DNA of 64,000 bases from Clostridiales bacterium UBA3678 (GCA_002372935.1 DFJF01000016.1:395-64394), one strand, 5' to 3'. Shown: positions 41,442-51,759, counted from the stretch's first letter. The notes: a model not told the origin generated them from the sequence alone. Made by a program: numbers and translations.

Positions 41442-42128
41442 TCATTTCCTTTCTATATTTTTCATAATCCATTTTATATCTTCTATAGATTTTTCTATAT
41501 TAAATATTCCATTACCTACTGGATAGTAAACTGGAAAAACTTTATATACATCATTATTAATTTTCAAATCATGACTTATTTTCCTATTTTCAGATACTGA
41601 TATTTTTTTATTAAGCATAATTGAACTTACCTGATTTCCAAATGTAACTATTACTTTTGGTTTTATTATATCTATTTCCTCAAATAATAAATCTAAATAC
41701 TGCTTTAATACATCATCTGATAATGGTCTTGCATCTATCTGTGTACATTTTCCTAAATTAGTTATAAATACTTTGTTTCTTTCAATTTCATCATATACGT
41801 AATCGCAGAAATCATAGTCCCATTCTTTAGGTTTCTTTTCCAAAATTTTATTATATGTATCATTACTTAATAAATCCACTTTATTAAATAACTTCCAAAT
41901 ATTTTTTGTTCCAAGCCAAGGTGATTTTCTACCTCTCCAAGATTTATCACTTGCAATATTTCTACCAGTTGGATTCATAAATACAAAACATATATCTGGA
42001 TTATTTTCACATCCTCCATTATATATAGAATCTAATTCTTTTGCTCCATATTTTTTCTGTAATTTATCGTATTCTATCTTTAAATCTTCTATTTTTCTTG
42101 TTTTATTTTTTTCTTTTAATTTATTCAT
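41442..42128 (-). CDS. uracil-DNA glycosylase superfamily protein (tentative)
   Basis: 228 aa. 'ICFVFMNPTGRNIAS' and 'VTFGNQVSS' sit at the positions of UDG-superfamily motifs A and B. Assignment is by pattern only. Confidence 0.4.
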   Translation of the reverse strand: MNKLKEKNKTRKIEDLKIEYDKLQKKYGAKELDSIYNGGCENNPDICFVFMNPTGRNIASDKSWRGRKSPWLGTKNIWKLFNKVDLLSNDTYNKILEKKPKEWDYDFCDYVYDEIERNKVFITNLGKCTQIDARPLSDDVLKQYLDLLFEEIDIIKPKVIVTFGNQVSSIMLNKKISVSENRKISHDLKINNDVYKVFPVYYPVGNGIFNIEKSIEDIKWIMKNIERK

Positions 42129-42195
42129 ATTTTAATCTCCAATTATTTTTATCAAATTACGAAAGTTAAAAAATATTGATTTTTCAGTAAATTTC

Positions 42196-42264
42196 AAAAG
42201 TTTTCTATTTGCCACACTATCCCAGTTTATATTAGTTTTATTTTCATTCATTTATATCACTTCC
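42196..42264 (-). repeat. junction module family B, copy 1
   Basis: AAAAGTTTTCTATTTGCCACACTATCCCAGTTTATATTAGTTTTATTTTCATTCATTTATATCACTTCC is nearly identical to 45129..45194 (3 substitutions plus a 3-nt indel). On the gene strand it reads GGAAGTGATATAA-ATG AAT GAA AAT AAA ACT AAT ATA AAC TGG GAT AGT. Confidence 0.85.
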
Positions 42265-42275
42265 TTCTTATAAAT

Positions 42276-42890
42276 CTATTTAGGAATTCCATATCTTGCC
42301 AAATGGCCATTTTTATAGTTTACATCACTTGTAACATCTTTTATAACCCATTTTGGTTCTTTATATTCTCTACTTTCTTTTTCTGTTTTAAATTCAATTT
42401 CCATATATGCTAGACCATCTAATTCTCCATGAAAAATATCTATTGCAATTAGTTGTCCATCTGCATAAAATTGATATCTTGTTTTATTAATTGTTGTTCC
42501 TTCTTGTTTCTTTACCAAGTTATCATATTGTTCTTTTGTTATATCTATATTTACTTCATCTCTAATTAAGCCATCAATACTCATATTATTTTTCATTGTA
42601 AATTCAAATGATTGTCCGTTATTATAATCCCTTACTCTCATTTCAGGATCAAAGCATAAGTATGTTTGTTTTATTTCAAATTTCTGTACATCACTATCAT
42701 TTAAATTATATGGTATGTCTTCCCTTTTTATCAGCCATTTTCTTTCTATTTCCTTATCATCTGATAAGATTTCAGTGATTCTTTGTTCATATTTTACAGC
42801 TTTATATATTTTTCTTCCAACATATATTATTGTAAAAACTCCTATTATTATTAATATACTAATAACTATTATTTTTATATACTTATTCAT
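42276..42890 (-). CDS. membrane-anchored CYTH (triphosphate tunnel) domain protein
   Basis: 204 aa. N-terminal TM 'IKIIVISILIIIGVFTIIYV' followed by 'EIERKWLI', the EXEXK signature of CYTH domains. Confidence 0.6.
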   Translation of the reverse strand: MNKYIKIIVISILIIIGVFTIIYVGRKIYKAVKYEQRITEILSDDKEIERKWLIKREDIPYNLNDSDVQKFEIKQTYLCFDPEMRVRDYNNGQSFEFTMKNNMSIDGLIRDEVNIDITKEQYDNLVKKQEGTTINKTRYQFYADGQLIAIDIFHGELDGLAYMEIEFKTEKESREYKEPKWVIKDVTSDVNYKNGHLARYGIPK

Positions 42891-42931
42891 ATTTTACTCC
42901 TTTACTTTTACACCATTTTTATTAAAAATGT

Positions 42932-43045
42932 AAAAATCTCAATGTCAAAAAATCAGTATTTTCAATGGTTTGAATGTATTTTTCCTAAAATCCCCGTATC
43001 GCACTGAATCCTTGTACTTAGCAACTTTTCTTTTTTATCTTCCAT
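42932..43045 (-). repeat. junction module family A, copy 2
   Basis: See 38907..39037. It also shares CATTGAAAAYACTSAYTTTTTG..ATTRGAGATTTTT with copy 3. Confidence 0.6.
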
Positions 43046-43061
43046 ATTACTCACTTTCCTT

Positions 43062-43475
43062 CTATTTATTTAAAATCATTCCATATCCTAAATCAGCATC
43101 AATTCTTTTTATAAATCCAAATTTTTCATAAAATTCTTCTCTATTTTTTGAAGCTCCTAGATATACTCTTAAATCAGGATTTTCTTGTTTAATTTCATTT
43201 ATTTTCTCTAATAATTTATTCATTATCATGGTTCCTATTTTATTACCTTGATATTCTGGTTTTACCATAATATCTTGTATATACAAAAAACATATCGTAT
43301 CTCCTATTATTCTTCCATACCCAACAATCTTATTATCATCATAAGCACTTACTGAATAAAATGTATTATCTAATGCTTTTTGTGTAATATTATCATCATA
43401 TGCTCCCCAGCCAACATCATCATATAATAAATTAAATTCTTCTACGCTTTTTATATTTTCTTTAATATTTATCAT
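43062..43475 (-). CDS. GNAT family N-acetyltransferase
   Basis: 137 aa. 'IQDIMVKPEYQGNKIGTMIMNKLLE' (Q/RxxGxG/A-type acetyl-CoA site). Confidence 0.7.
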   Translation of the reverse strand: MINIKENIKSVEEFNLLYDDVGWGAYDDNITQKALDNTFYSVSAYDDNKIVGYGRIIGDTICFLYIQDIMVKPEYQGNKIGTMIMNKLLEKINEIKQENPDLRVYLGASKNREEFYEKFGFIKRIDADLGYGMILNK

Positions 43476-43502
43476 TTAAATTCTCCCTCTATACTAAATA
43501 CA

Positions 43503-43616
43503 AAAAAATCTCTAATCCAAAAAGTGAGTGTTTTCAATGCTTTTAAGGAACTTTCTATAAATTATTTTATCGCAGTTGAGGTTGATTTTGTGATAACTAT
43601 TATTTTCTTTCTCCAT
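43503..43616 (-). repeat. junction module family A, copy 3
   Basis: See 38907..39037 and 42932..43045. Confidence 0.6.
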
Positions 43617-43630
43617 TTACATCTACTCCT

Positions 43631-44190
43631 TTACTTGAAATTTACTATTACCTCTTTATTTTGAGATATAATAATACTGTCTATGTTTTTTAATAAAATA
43701 TCTCTTGTTAGATTATCTATTTTATTCCATTTGAATTTTTTATTTAGCTCTTCTAAAACTATTTCCGTTAATTTATCTTTTCTAATTGAATGACTTGTAC
43801 ATGAACCATTTCTTACATATGAAGTACAATAATAATATTCATAATTCTTTACTTTTCTTAAAGTAAAAGAGCTTCTACAATTTGCACACTTCAAAAAGCT
43901 ATAAAATAAATTTTTTTTCTTTATTATTTCTAGCAGATTTATTTTTATTTAGTATTTCTTGTACTTCATCAAACTTTTCTTTTTATATAATAGGTTTATG
44001 ATGATTTTCAGTTATTATCCATTCATCCCTATTTGTATTAATAAGTTTATGAGAACGATAATTTTCAACCTTTTTCTTTCCTTGTATTAAAGCTCCGGTA
44101 TATACTCTATTTTGAAGTATTACATTAATCATCTCTTGGATCTTTTAAATATCCATATGTAGCAGTTGTACCAATAAATTCTCCATTACC
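43631..44190 (-). pseudogene. decayed remnant of a second large serine recombinase (resolvase domain missing)
   Basis: My translation: NGEFIGTTATYGYLKDPRDD*, then in another frame INVILQNRVYTGALIQGKKKVENYRSHKLINTNRDEWIITENHHKPII*KEKFDEVQEILNKNKSARNNKEKKIYFIAF. A frameshift in an A-run then leads into the listed ORF 43631..43894 (zinc ribbon 'CANCRSSF...YYCTSY..NGSC'). It has an internal TAA, an internal deletion and a 5' truncation. Confidence 0.7.
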
Positions 44191-45036
44191 TTACTCCTCT
44201 TTATTTCTATTTCCTAATAATTTTATTTTTTCGGCATTATTTAATATCTCTAATTGATATTTTGCAATTTTATTTAAAATTTCAAATCTTTCTTCTTTAT
44301 TCTTTCCTTCTTTTATTAATTCAGCATTATGTGATTCTAAATTTGATAATACTGTTAATTCATTTATTGAAGCATAATCTCTAACATTTGAGTTTTTAGC
44401 TAACTCTGGATTCAGCTCTCTCCACTTTTTAGCAGTTGTATTGAATATAATTACATTTAAAATATCTGCTTCTTCAGCATACTTTAACCACTCTCTATTT
44501 TTATAATAATCATTGTCTGGCAATATATAATTTTTTATTGCATCAGTATGTATTAAATAATTATTTTTTGTTAATAGTCTTTTAACATCCCACTCTCTGT
44601 TTTGATTTTCAATTTCTTTTAATCTTTCAAACTCTCTTATTAAATATAGTTTAAACACAGGACTTATTGCAGAAGCAAATTCAAAAGCAATATCTTTATG
44701 AGCATAAGTTCCACCATATTTACCCATTTTAGAATATATTCCTATTGCATTTGTCCTTTCGCACCATTCTGTGACACTAGGTGTAAATGTTAATAATCCA
44801 ACTTGTTTTTTAAAGTGTTCAGATTCGAACACTTTAAAATTAGGATTGTATATTTGTTCCCATGTAGTCAAAAAATCTAATGTGCTTCTATTACGTAACC
44901 AATTTCTTATAACATCCGCTGCTCGTGATTTATCACTTTTAGCTTTGGCTATGTCTGAAATACAAATATAATCTTTTTCGTGTACATTAGTAACATTTAT
45001 TTTAATATCCTGAACTTCTATTATTTTATTTGACAT
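44191..45036 (-). CDS. KilA-N domain-containing protein
   Basis: 281 aa. 'DYICISDIAKAKSDKSRAADVIRNWLRNRSTLDFLTTWEQIYNPNF' and 'GGTYAHKDIAFEFASAISPVFKLYLI' follow the KilA-N pattern. Confidence 0.7.
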   Translation of the reverse strand: MSNKIIEVQDIKINVTNVHEKDYICISDIAKAKSDKSRAADVIRNWLRNRSTLDFLTTWEQIYNPNFKVFESEHFKKQVGLLTFTPSVTEWCERTNAIGIYSKMGKYGGTYAHKDIAFEFASAISPVFKLYLIREFERLKEIENQNREWDVKRLLTKNNYLIHTDAIKNYILPDNDYYKNREWLKYAEEADILNVIIFNTTAKKWRELNPELAKNSNVRDYASINELTVLSNLESHNAELIKEGKNKEERFEILNKIAKYQLEILNNAEKIKLLGNRNKEE

Positions 45037-45128
45037 ATATTCACATCCTTTTTTTTATTTATTTCTTTATCTTTTACTAAATTATGCAAGATGTATTTTT
45101 TTGGAAGTCGCTTATATCAACAGTTATG

Positions 45129-45194
45129 AAAAGTTTTCTATATGCCCCACTATCCCAGTTTATATTAGTTTTATTTTCCATCTATATCACTTCC
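45129..45194 (-). repeat. junction module family B, copy 2
   Basis: Near-identical to 42196..42264. On the gene strand it reads GGAAGTGATATAG-ATG GAA AAT AAA ACT AAT ATA AAC TGG GAT AGT. Confidence 0.85.
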
Positions 45195-45197
45195 ATT

Positions 45198-46238
45198 CTA
45201 TTTTTCTTTTAATATATTTAACCTTTTGTCTAAAAAAACATACTTGTCCATGTTATATGATAAGTTCTTTTCTATCATTTTTTGTGCAATTTTACATTCT
45301 TTTGATATTCTTTTTCCATTAAATAACGGATCTATATATCTTACTTTTGCACCATGCTTAACATAGTAAACATCTTCTGGTTCTTCAGTTGAAGTATGTA
45401 CTTTTGTTGCATTTATTAATTCTTCAAAAACTTCACTATAGTTTGATTTCTTTATAATATCTATTACTTCACTTTCCTTTAATTCGTATAAATCTATCTT
45501 ATTTATTAGTCCATCTTCACTTACTTTTTTTAATATATCAGCAATAGCTTGCATATAAAATCTCGTTACATCATCTCGATAAGCTACTGATAATCTAGAA
45601 GTATTTTTCACAAATTGTCTTGCTATCTTTTTTGTTTTGAATCCTAATTCTATAATTCCATTTTCATTTGTTTGAACTTCTATATCATTATAAATTTCTC
45701 TAATATCTTCGAGTGTATTTGTTTTAAATACTATTAAATCATTTGATAATGAATATTCTAATCTATCAGCAGAAAGCATTGGTGTATCATTATCGGCAAT
45801 TGGATAAATATGATAGTCACAAACTTCTTCTAATTTTATGTCGTCTCTTTCAAGTAATTTCATTATGTCTTTTGAATCTTTAATTAATGTTTTCGTCAAT
45901 TCTTCTGTCGATTCTTGATTCATATAGTCACCATTTAAGAAATCTATACAATGCTTAAATGCAGGTGTTGCAATATCATGAAATAAACCTGATAAAGTTT
46001 GCTTTTTATCATGTGTAAAATTCCAAATTATTAATGCTACTGCTATTGAATGATCTAATGAGCTATAATCATTATAATCAAATAATTTTGAATAAATCTT
46101 ACCACATGTAACACTTATATATTGCTGTTTTAACATTCTTTCTGTTTCAGTGTAATCATCTAGCCAATCTGGATAGTTTTGGGATAATATATTAAAATAA
46201 TCTTTAATTAACTTGCTTGTTCTTTTTATATATTTCAT
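45198..46238 (-). CDS. HD-domain phosphohydrolase family protein
   Basis: 346 aa. 'SLDHSIAVALI' ... 'GLFHDIATPAFKH' gives the H...HD metal-binding pattern. Confidence 0.65.
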   Translation of the reverse strand: MKYIKRTSKLIKDYFNILSQNYPDWLDDYTETERMLKQQYISVTCGKIYSKLFDYNDYSSLDHSIAVALIIWNFTHDKKQTLSGLFHDIATPAFKHCIDFLNGDYMNQESTEELTKTLIKDSKDIMKLLERDDIKLEEVCDYHIYPIADNDTPMLSADRLEYSLSNDLIVFKTNTLEDIREIYNDIEVQTNENGIIELGFKTKKIARQFVKNTSRLSVAYRDDVTRFYMQAIADILKKVSEDGLINKIDLYELKESEVIDIIKKSNYSEVFEELINATKVHTSTEEPEDVYYVKHGAKVRYIDPLFNGKRISKECKIAQKMIEKNLSYNMDKYVFLDKRLNILKEK

Positions 46239-46445
46239 TTTTTCCTCTTTCTCTTATTTTTTATAAAAAAGTGTAAAATTTAAGCATATTATATATATTA
46301 TATATTTGTATAAAATTTATTAACTTGCATAAACATCAGTTTCCATTATACCACATTTATTGTTTTTTACAAAGTCCATTGCCTCAAAATATTCATTTTT
46401 ATATTATAAGACAACAATTGTTTTGCAAGGTTACACTTTAAAATA

Positions 46446-47663
46446 TTATTTTAAATACTTAATTGTAAATATTGTTCCTTTATTTTCAATTGATTCTACT
46501 GTAATAATTCCCCCATTTTTTTCAATTATCGTTTTTGCAAAATTAAGCCCTATTCCTATACTATCTTTTGAAGAATTTTCTGTTTTATAAAATCTTTCAA
46601 AAATGTGTTTTATATCCTTTTTAGATATTCCATCACCAAAATCTTGAATTTTAATTTGTAAAAAAACGTTTGTTTTCTCAACTAAAATTATTACTTTTGA
46701 ATTCTCTTTGCTATGTTCTATTGCATTTTTTACAATATTGGTTATTGCTTCGTTTTGCCATCTATAATCAGCTAAAATTTTTGCTTTTAAATCTCCTTTT
46801 GTTTCAATAGATATTTTTTTCGCATCAGCAATAATTCCTAAGTTATTTTTTACATTCCTTAATAAATCTTCAATAACAAATTCTTTGTTATTTAATTTTA
46901 CTGTACCACTATCAAATTTTGCTATATTTAACAAAGTAATAACTAATCTTGAAATTAATTCTACTTGATTACTTATTGATTTTATAAAATCATTTTTTGT
47001 TTTTTCATCCATGTTTGGATTATCTTCAATATTATCAAGCATTATTCTAATTGATGTAAGTGGTGCTTTTATTTGGTGAGATATATCTTCAAGCGATTTT
47101 TCTAAATTTTTACTCTTAATGTTACTATTTTCGGCTGATTCTTTGAGTAAGATCGTTATTTTATATAATTCATTTTCTAGTTTTGATAATTCATCTTCAC
47201 TATTTTCATTTATTTTTAATTCATAGTTTTTATTATTACTTATATCATCAATATATTTATTAATCTTTTTGATTTTTTTATTTTGCTTTTCATAATAATT
47301 ATTTATGTATACAATAATTACAAAAAACATAAAACTTGTAATTACAATAAATAATATTAAGTTTTGTTCATTGTATTTTTTTAGTGTTTTACTATAAATT
47401 TCATTTTCTTCAAATCCATATCTTTTCAAGATCCCATTGTTTTCATTAATTGAATTTGTATTACTATTTTTCAATATATCAACAATTTCCTCTTCACTAG
47501 TTTCTTTGTAATTATCTTTTATTATTTCTATTGTTTTTTCTATTTGCATATTTATTTCTTCTTTTATGCTCTTTTGCATTTGATAATACACATATATATA
47601 AACAACTATGAATATTAAAAAAATAACAATTACAGGTAACCAAATTTTTTTAAATTTATTCAA
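46446..47663 (-). CDS. sensor histidine kinase
   Basis: 405 aa. Two TM segments, H-box 'DISHQIKAPLTSIR', G-boxes 'DFGDGI' and 'GIGLNFAKTIIEKNGG'. Confidence 0.85.
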   Translation of the reverse strand: MNKFKKIWLPVIVIFLIFIVVYIYVYYQMQKSIKEEINMQIEKTIEIIKDNYKETSEEEIVDILKNSNTNSINENNGILKRYGFEENEIYSKTLKKYNEQNLILFIVITSFMFFVIIVYINNYYEKQNKKIKKINKYIDDISNNKNYELKINENSEDELSKLENELYKITILLKESAENSNIKSKNLEKSLEDISHQIKAPLTSIRIMLDNIEDNPNMDEKTKNDFIKSISNQVELISRLVITLLNIAKFDSGTVKLNNKEFVIEDLLRNVKNNLGIIADAKKISIETKGDLKAKILADYRWQNEAITNIVKNAIEHSKENSKVIILVEKTNVFLQIKIQDFGDGISKKDIKHIFERFYKTENSSKDSIGIGLNFAKTIIEKNGGIITVESIENKGTIFTIKYLK

Positions 47664-48333
47664 CTCTATATCCTATTCCTTTCACTGTTTTTATTATATA
47701 ATTTTCATTTGTTTTTTCTCTTATCCTTTTTATATAAACTGTTAAAGTATTATCATTTACTATATTGCCAGCTAAATCCCAAATTTGCTCTAATATTTTT
47801 TCTCTCGGAACAATTTTCCCTTTATTTTGAAAAAGATATGCCAAAATTTTGAATTCAAGTGGAGTTAAAAATATTTCCTTTTCTGTTTTATCATCATTTA
47901 TTTTATAAACTCTATCATTTTCAAGATCAATTTTTATATCACCACTTATTATTTCCTTTTGACTTTTATTGTATCTTCTAAGAACATTATTAATTCTTGA
48001 AATTAATACTTTATTTCTAAATGGTTTTGTAATATAATCTTCTGCTCCTAAATTAAATCCTTTTACAATATCATTTTCATCATCTAGAGCTGTTAAAAAT
48101 ATGATTGGTAAATCATTAAAATCTGACTTTATACTTTTGCAAATATCAAAGCCATTGCCATCAGGAAGTGAGATATCTAATATTATAAGATCATATTTAT
48201 TGTTATAAATTTTTTCTTCAATCTCACTTACTTTTTTTACAAATTCAAAGTCAAAATTTTCTTGCTCAAGTGTATATTTTAATCCTTTTATTATCATTTC
48301 ATTATCTTCAATGACTAAAATTTTATTTTTCAT
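47656..48333 (-). CDS. OmpR-family response regulator
   Basis: 225 aa. Receiver 'YDLIILDISLPDGNG'. Winged-helix C-terminus 'LTVYIKRIREK....IKTVKGIGYRV'. Confidence 0.85.
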   Translation of the reverse strand: MKNKILVIEDNEMIIKGLKYTLEQENFDFEFVKKVSEIEEKIYNNKYDLIILDISLPDGNGFDICKSIKSDFNDLPIIFLTALDDENDIVKGFNLGAEDYITKPFRNKVLISRINNVLRRYNKSQKEIISGDIKIDLENDRVYKINDDKTEKEIFLTPLEFKILAYLFQNKGKIVPREKILEQIWDLAGNIVNDNTLTVYIKRIREKTNENYIIKTVKGIGYRVE

Positions 48334-48437
48334 AATACTCCTAAATCCTATAAACTTTATTCATTATAACATATTTTGCAAAATGTTACTAGCAAATAGC
48401 ATATAAACTATTAACTAGTAACATTTAGATGTAATTG

Positions 48438-51080
48438 TTAAATGTTCTCTTTTCTGATTGTTTCTACAATATTTTGTTCATTAATTTTTCTAATTGAATA
48501 TTTCATAATAATTTGAATCATCAAGAAAATAAATACAATGCAAATTATTATTGCCTTATATGGAACAATAAATCCAAAGTCCAATTCATTAGATAATACT
48601 TTATAAATCAAATATGAAATTATCAATCCTAGTGGAATTCCAATGATTAAAGATTTTGTGCAATACATTACGCTTTCAAGCCTGATCATTTTATTAAATT
48701 CCTTGTTTGTCATTCCTATTGATCTTAATACTGCAAATTCTTTTGCCCTTAATAACATATTTGTTGTAATTGTATTAAAAATGTTTGTTATTCCTATTAA
48801 AGTAATTACGATTATAAATCCATATAAAAATATTGAAATAACAATTATCATATTCTTCGTATTTTGAGATTCTTTTTCAATATTTGACACATCTACTTTA
48901 TTTGATATTTCAGGATTAGATATTATTTCATTTTCTAGTGCATAACTATTATTTGATTTAATAAATAAACAAAAATTGCTTGTGCTTTTTACTTGATTTA
49001 TTAGTGGATTGTTTTCTGATACAAAAATATTGAACATTCCATAAGTTCCTTCAAAGCCTCTTGGATTTTCATCACTTGAAATTATTTTATTGATTTTTAT
49101 TTTTACATCATTATTTGATTGTTTATCTATTTCTTCATTTGCATTTATTGTTTCGCCTTCTTTTATGTTAGTTATTCTATAAAATTTTTTATCATCATAA
49201 TTATAATTTACATCAAATAAAATTGCAACATTATCTATATTATCATAAGATATTTTTAGTTTATCAGCATAATTTTTAAAATAATCTTCATTTGCAAAAT
49301 TAACTGTAATGACAGCATCTCCTGTATCTCTATTTTCTTTGCTTGTATATTCTTTCAAGTCAATATCTAAATACGCTGTTTTATAATAAGAATATTCTTT
49401 TACATATTCACTTTGAATTATTTGCTTATAAGTCTCTTCATTATCATTACTTGTCCCTTTAATTGCAACTTTAACATTATAATCAAGGTTTTTATATTCC
49501 AAATTCATTGTTTTAAATCCATAATTTATGAATGTTGATAAAGAAATAAATGTTGTTATACTTATGACTAATGATACAATTGTAGTTCTATATTTTTTCT
49601 TGCTTCTTTTTAAGTTTTTGTTTGCTATAACTCCACCAATTCCAAATAATTTTTTGGTAATTTTAGATGTTCTAATTTTTTTATTATTAATTTTTACATC
49701 ATTTAATTCTCTTATTGCATCAATAGGCGAAATTTTTGATGCTTTTTTTGCAGGTATTACACTTGAAAAATAAATTGTAATTGTACTACAAACAATTGTT
49801 ATAATAATTGCCAATGGTGAAATATAATATCGTAAATAAGTTCCTATTTTCTGTAATTCGCCTTTTAATAAATAATTAACAACTTTAATTAATATTTCGC
49901 CTGCAAAAACTCCTAAGAAAATTCCAAGAGTTATACCAATAACTCCAATAATATATCCTTCAAGAAGAACGCTCTTTTTTATTTGCTTTGAAGTTGCACC
50001 AATGCTTGATAAAATTCCATATTGTTTTGTTTTTTCAGTTACAGAAATTACGAAACTATTTCTTATCAAAAAAACAGAACTTACAATTATTATAATTATC
50101 AATATAGCAACAAGTGTATATAAAATATTTAATCTTTCATCAGATAATGCCCCATTTGCCATTAATAGATCATTATTAATAATTGAATAAACATTTCTTC
50201 CAGTATCTTTTTTTATTGTATTAAGAATATCTTTATCAAAATTGTAATAATTTTTTGCTTTTTTAACTTTTATGTAAACATTTAAATCACTATTATTTAA
50301 TTCATCTTTGTTTAATTTTGTTATGCATGTATACCCAGGTGCTGAAAATGGTTCAAAAATGCTATCAACTCTTCTTACTATTCCAACAATTTTATAAGTT
50401 TTTGAATTTGTATCTTTTATTTTTTCCTTATTAACTATTTTCCCATTTTCATCAAATTCTTCTTTAACATAATTCTCATCAAACTCATCTGTATCGTAAC
50501 TTTTTGAAATTATATTTTCACTTTCAGGTGAAAAGAATCTTGTTTCTGCTATATAGTTATTTAAAGAATAAACTTGAGATAATTCTTTATTTTTTAAATA
50601 ACGTTTTCCAATATCTAATGTTATTGTATCTCCAACATTTAGTTTAGTCTTTAGATTTGCTAAAAAAGATTCTTCAACAATAATTTCATTTTCATTTTGA
50701 GGAAAATTTCCTTGTTTTAAAATTAATCCTGTATTATTTAATGCCTCATCATCTAATGCAATAACATATTCATAAGGCTTATAGTCATTTTCAGTTTTTA
50801 TTGTGTTTGAATACCCTAGTGTTTTTGAATAAAAAATGTCAGTAACTTGATTATTACTTCTTAAATATTTAATTTCACTTTTTGGAACATTATTATAACA
50901 AGCATAATAATTTCCTGATGTTTTTTCAATTATTGTTCTATAACTCAAAACAAAGCTTGAAAGCATTCCAGCGACTGCACAAATTAAAGCAGCAGAAAGC
51001 ATAACTCCAATAATTGTAACAATTGTTCTTCTTTTATTTTTTTTAATATTTTCAATTGTAATTTTATTTATAATACTCAT
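48438..51080 (-). CDS. FtsX-family ABC transporter permease (two FtsX modules, large extracytoplasmic domains)
   Basis: About 880 aa with multiple TM clusters at both ends. The start is placed at ATG 51080 (MSIINKITIENIKKNKRRT) after GGAGGGGGAAGAG. It overlaps the ATPase stop. Confidence 0.75.
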   Translation of the reverse strand: MSIINKITIENIKKNKRRTIVTIIGVMLSAALICAVAGMLSSFVLSYRTIIEKTSGNYYACYNNVPKSEIKYLRSNNQVTDIFYSKTLGYSNTIKTENDYKPYEYVIALDDEALNNTGLILKQGNFPQNENEIIVEESFLANLKTKLNVGDTITLDIGKRYLKNKELSQVYSLNNYIAETRFFSPESENIISKSYDTDEFDENYVKEEFDENGKIVNKEKIKDTNSKTYKIVGIVRRVDSIFEPFSAPGYTCITKLNKDELNNSDLNVYIKVKKAKNYYNFDKDILNTIKKDTGRNVYSIINNDLLMANGALSDERLNILYTLVAILIIIIIVSSVFLIRNSFVISVTEKTKQYGILSSIGATSKQIKKSVLLEGYIIGVIGITLGIFLGVFAGEILIKVVNYLLKGELQKIGTYLRYYISPLAIIITIVCSTITIYFSSVIPAKKASKISPIDAIRELNDVKINNKKIRTSKITKKLFGIGGVIANKNLKRSKKKYRTTIVSLVISITTFISLSTFINYGFKTMNLEYKNLDYNVKVAIKGTSNDNEETYKQIIQSEYVKEYSYYKTAYLDIDLKEYTSKENRDTGDAVITVNFANEDYFKNYADKLKISYDNIDNVAILFDVNYNYDDKKFYRITNIKEGETINANEEIDKQSNNDVKIKINKIISSDENPRGFEGTYGMFNIFVSENNPLINQVKSTSNFCLFIKSNNSYALENEIISNPEISNKVDVSNIEKESQNTKNMIIVISIFLYGFIIVITLIGITNIFNTITTNMLLRAKEFAVLRSIGMTNKEFNKMIRLESVMYCTKSLIIGIPLGLIISYLIYKVLSNELDFGFIVPYKAIIICIVFIFLMIQIIMKYSIRKINEQNIVETIRKENI

Positions 51081-51759
51081 CTCTTCCCCCTCCATCACTA
51101 ATTATTTTTCCATCTTCAATAGTGATTACTCTATCAGCTTGTTTTGCAATTTCTAAATCGTGAGTAATTATAATTACAGTTTGGTTATATTTTTTATTTG
51201 ACATTTTAAGTAATGAAACAATTTCATCACTAGATTTTGAATCAAGATTTCCTGTTGGTTCATCTGCTAAAACTATTGCTGGATTATTAATTAATGCTCT
51301 TCCAATTGAGACTCTTTGTTGTTGTCCTCCTGATAACTCATTTGGCAAATGATTGATTCTGTTTTGCAATCCCAAGGTTTTAATTAAATCATTTAATCTT
51401 TCCTCATTAACTTCTTTGCCATCTAAATCAATTGGTAGAGTAATATTCTCCTTTACATTTAGTATAGGAATTAGATTATAAAATTGATAAATAATGCCAA
51501 CTTGTCTTCTTCTAAAAATTGCAAGTTTATCATTATTCATTGAATAAATATCAGCTCCATCAATGAAAACCTTACCTGATGTTGGTCTATCAACTCCACC
51601 AATTAAATGAAGCAATGTTGATTTTCCGCTTCCACTTGCACCAACAATTGCAACAAATTCACCTTTTTGCACTGAAAATGAAATATTATCAATCGCTTTT
51701 ACTTCATTCTCGCCTTTTCCATAAGTCTTACATAAATTTTCAACTTTTAAAATTTCCAT
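51064..51759 (-). CDS. ABC transporter ATP-binding protein (MacB/LolD-like)
   Basis: 231 aa. Walker A 'GASGSGKST', signature 'LSGGQQQRV', Walker B 'IVLADEPT'. Confidence 0.9.
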   Translation of the reverse strand: MEILKVENLCKTYGKGENEVKAIDNISFSVQKGEFVAIVGASGSGKSTLLHLIGGVDRPTSGKVFIDGADIYSMNNDKLAIFRRRQVGIIYQFYNLIPILNVKENITLPIDLDGKEVNEERLNDLIKTLGLQNRINHLPNELSGGQQQRVSIGRALINNPAIVLADEPTGNLDSKSSDEIVSLLKMSNKKYNQTVIIITHDLEIAKQADRVITIEDGKIISDGGGRDEYYK

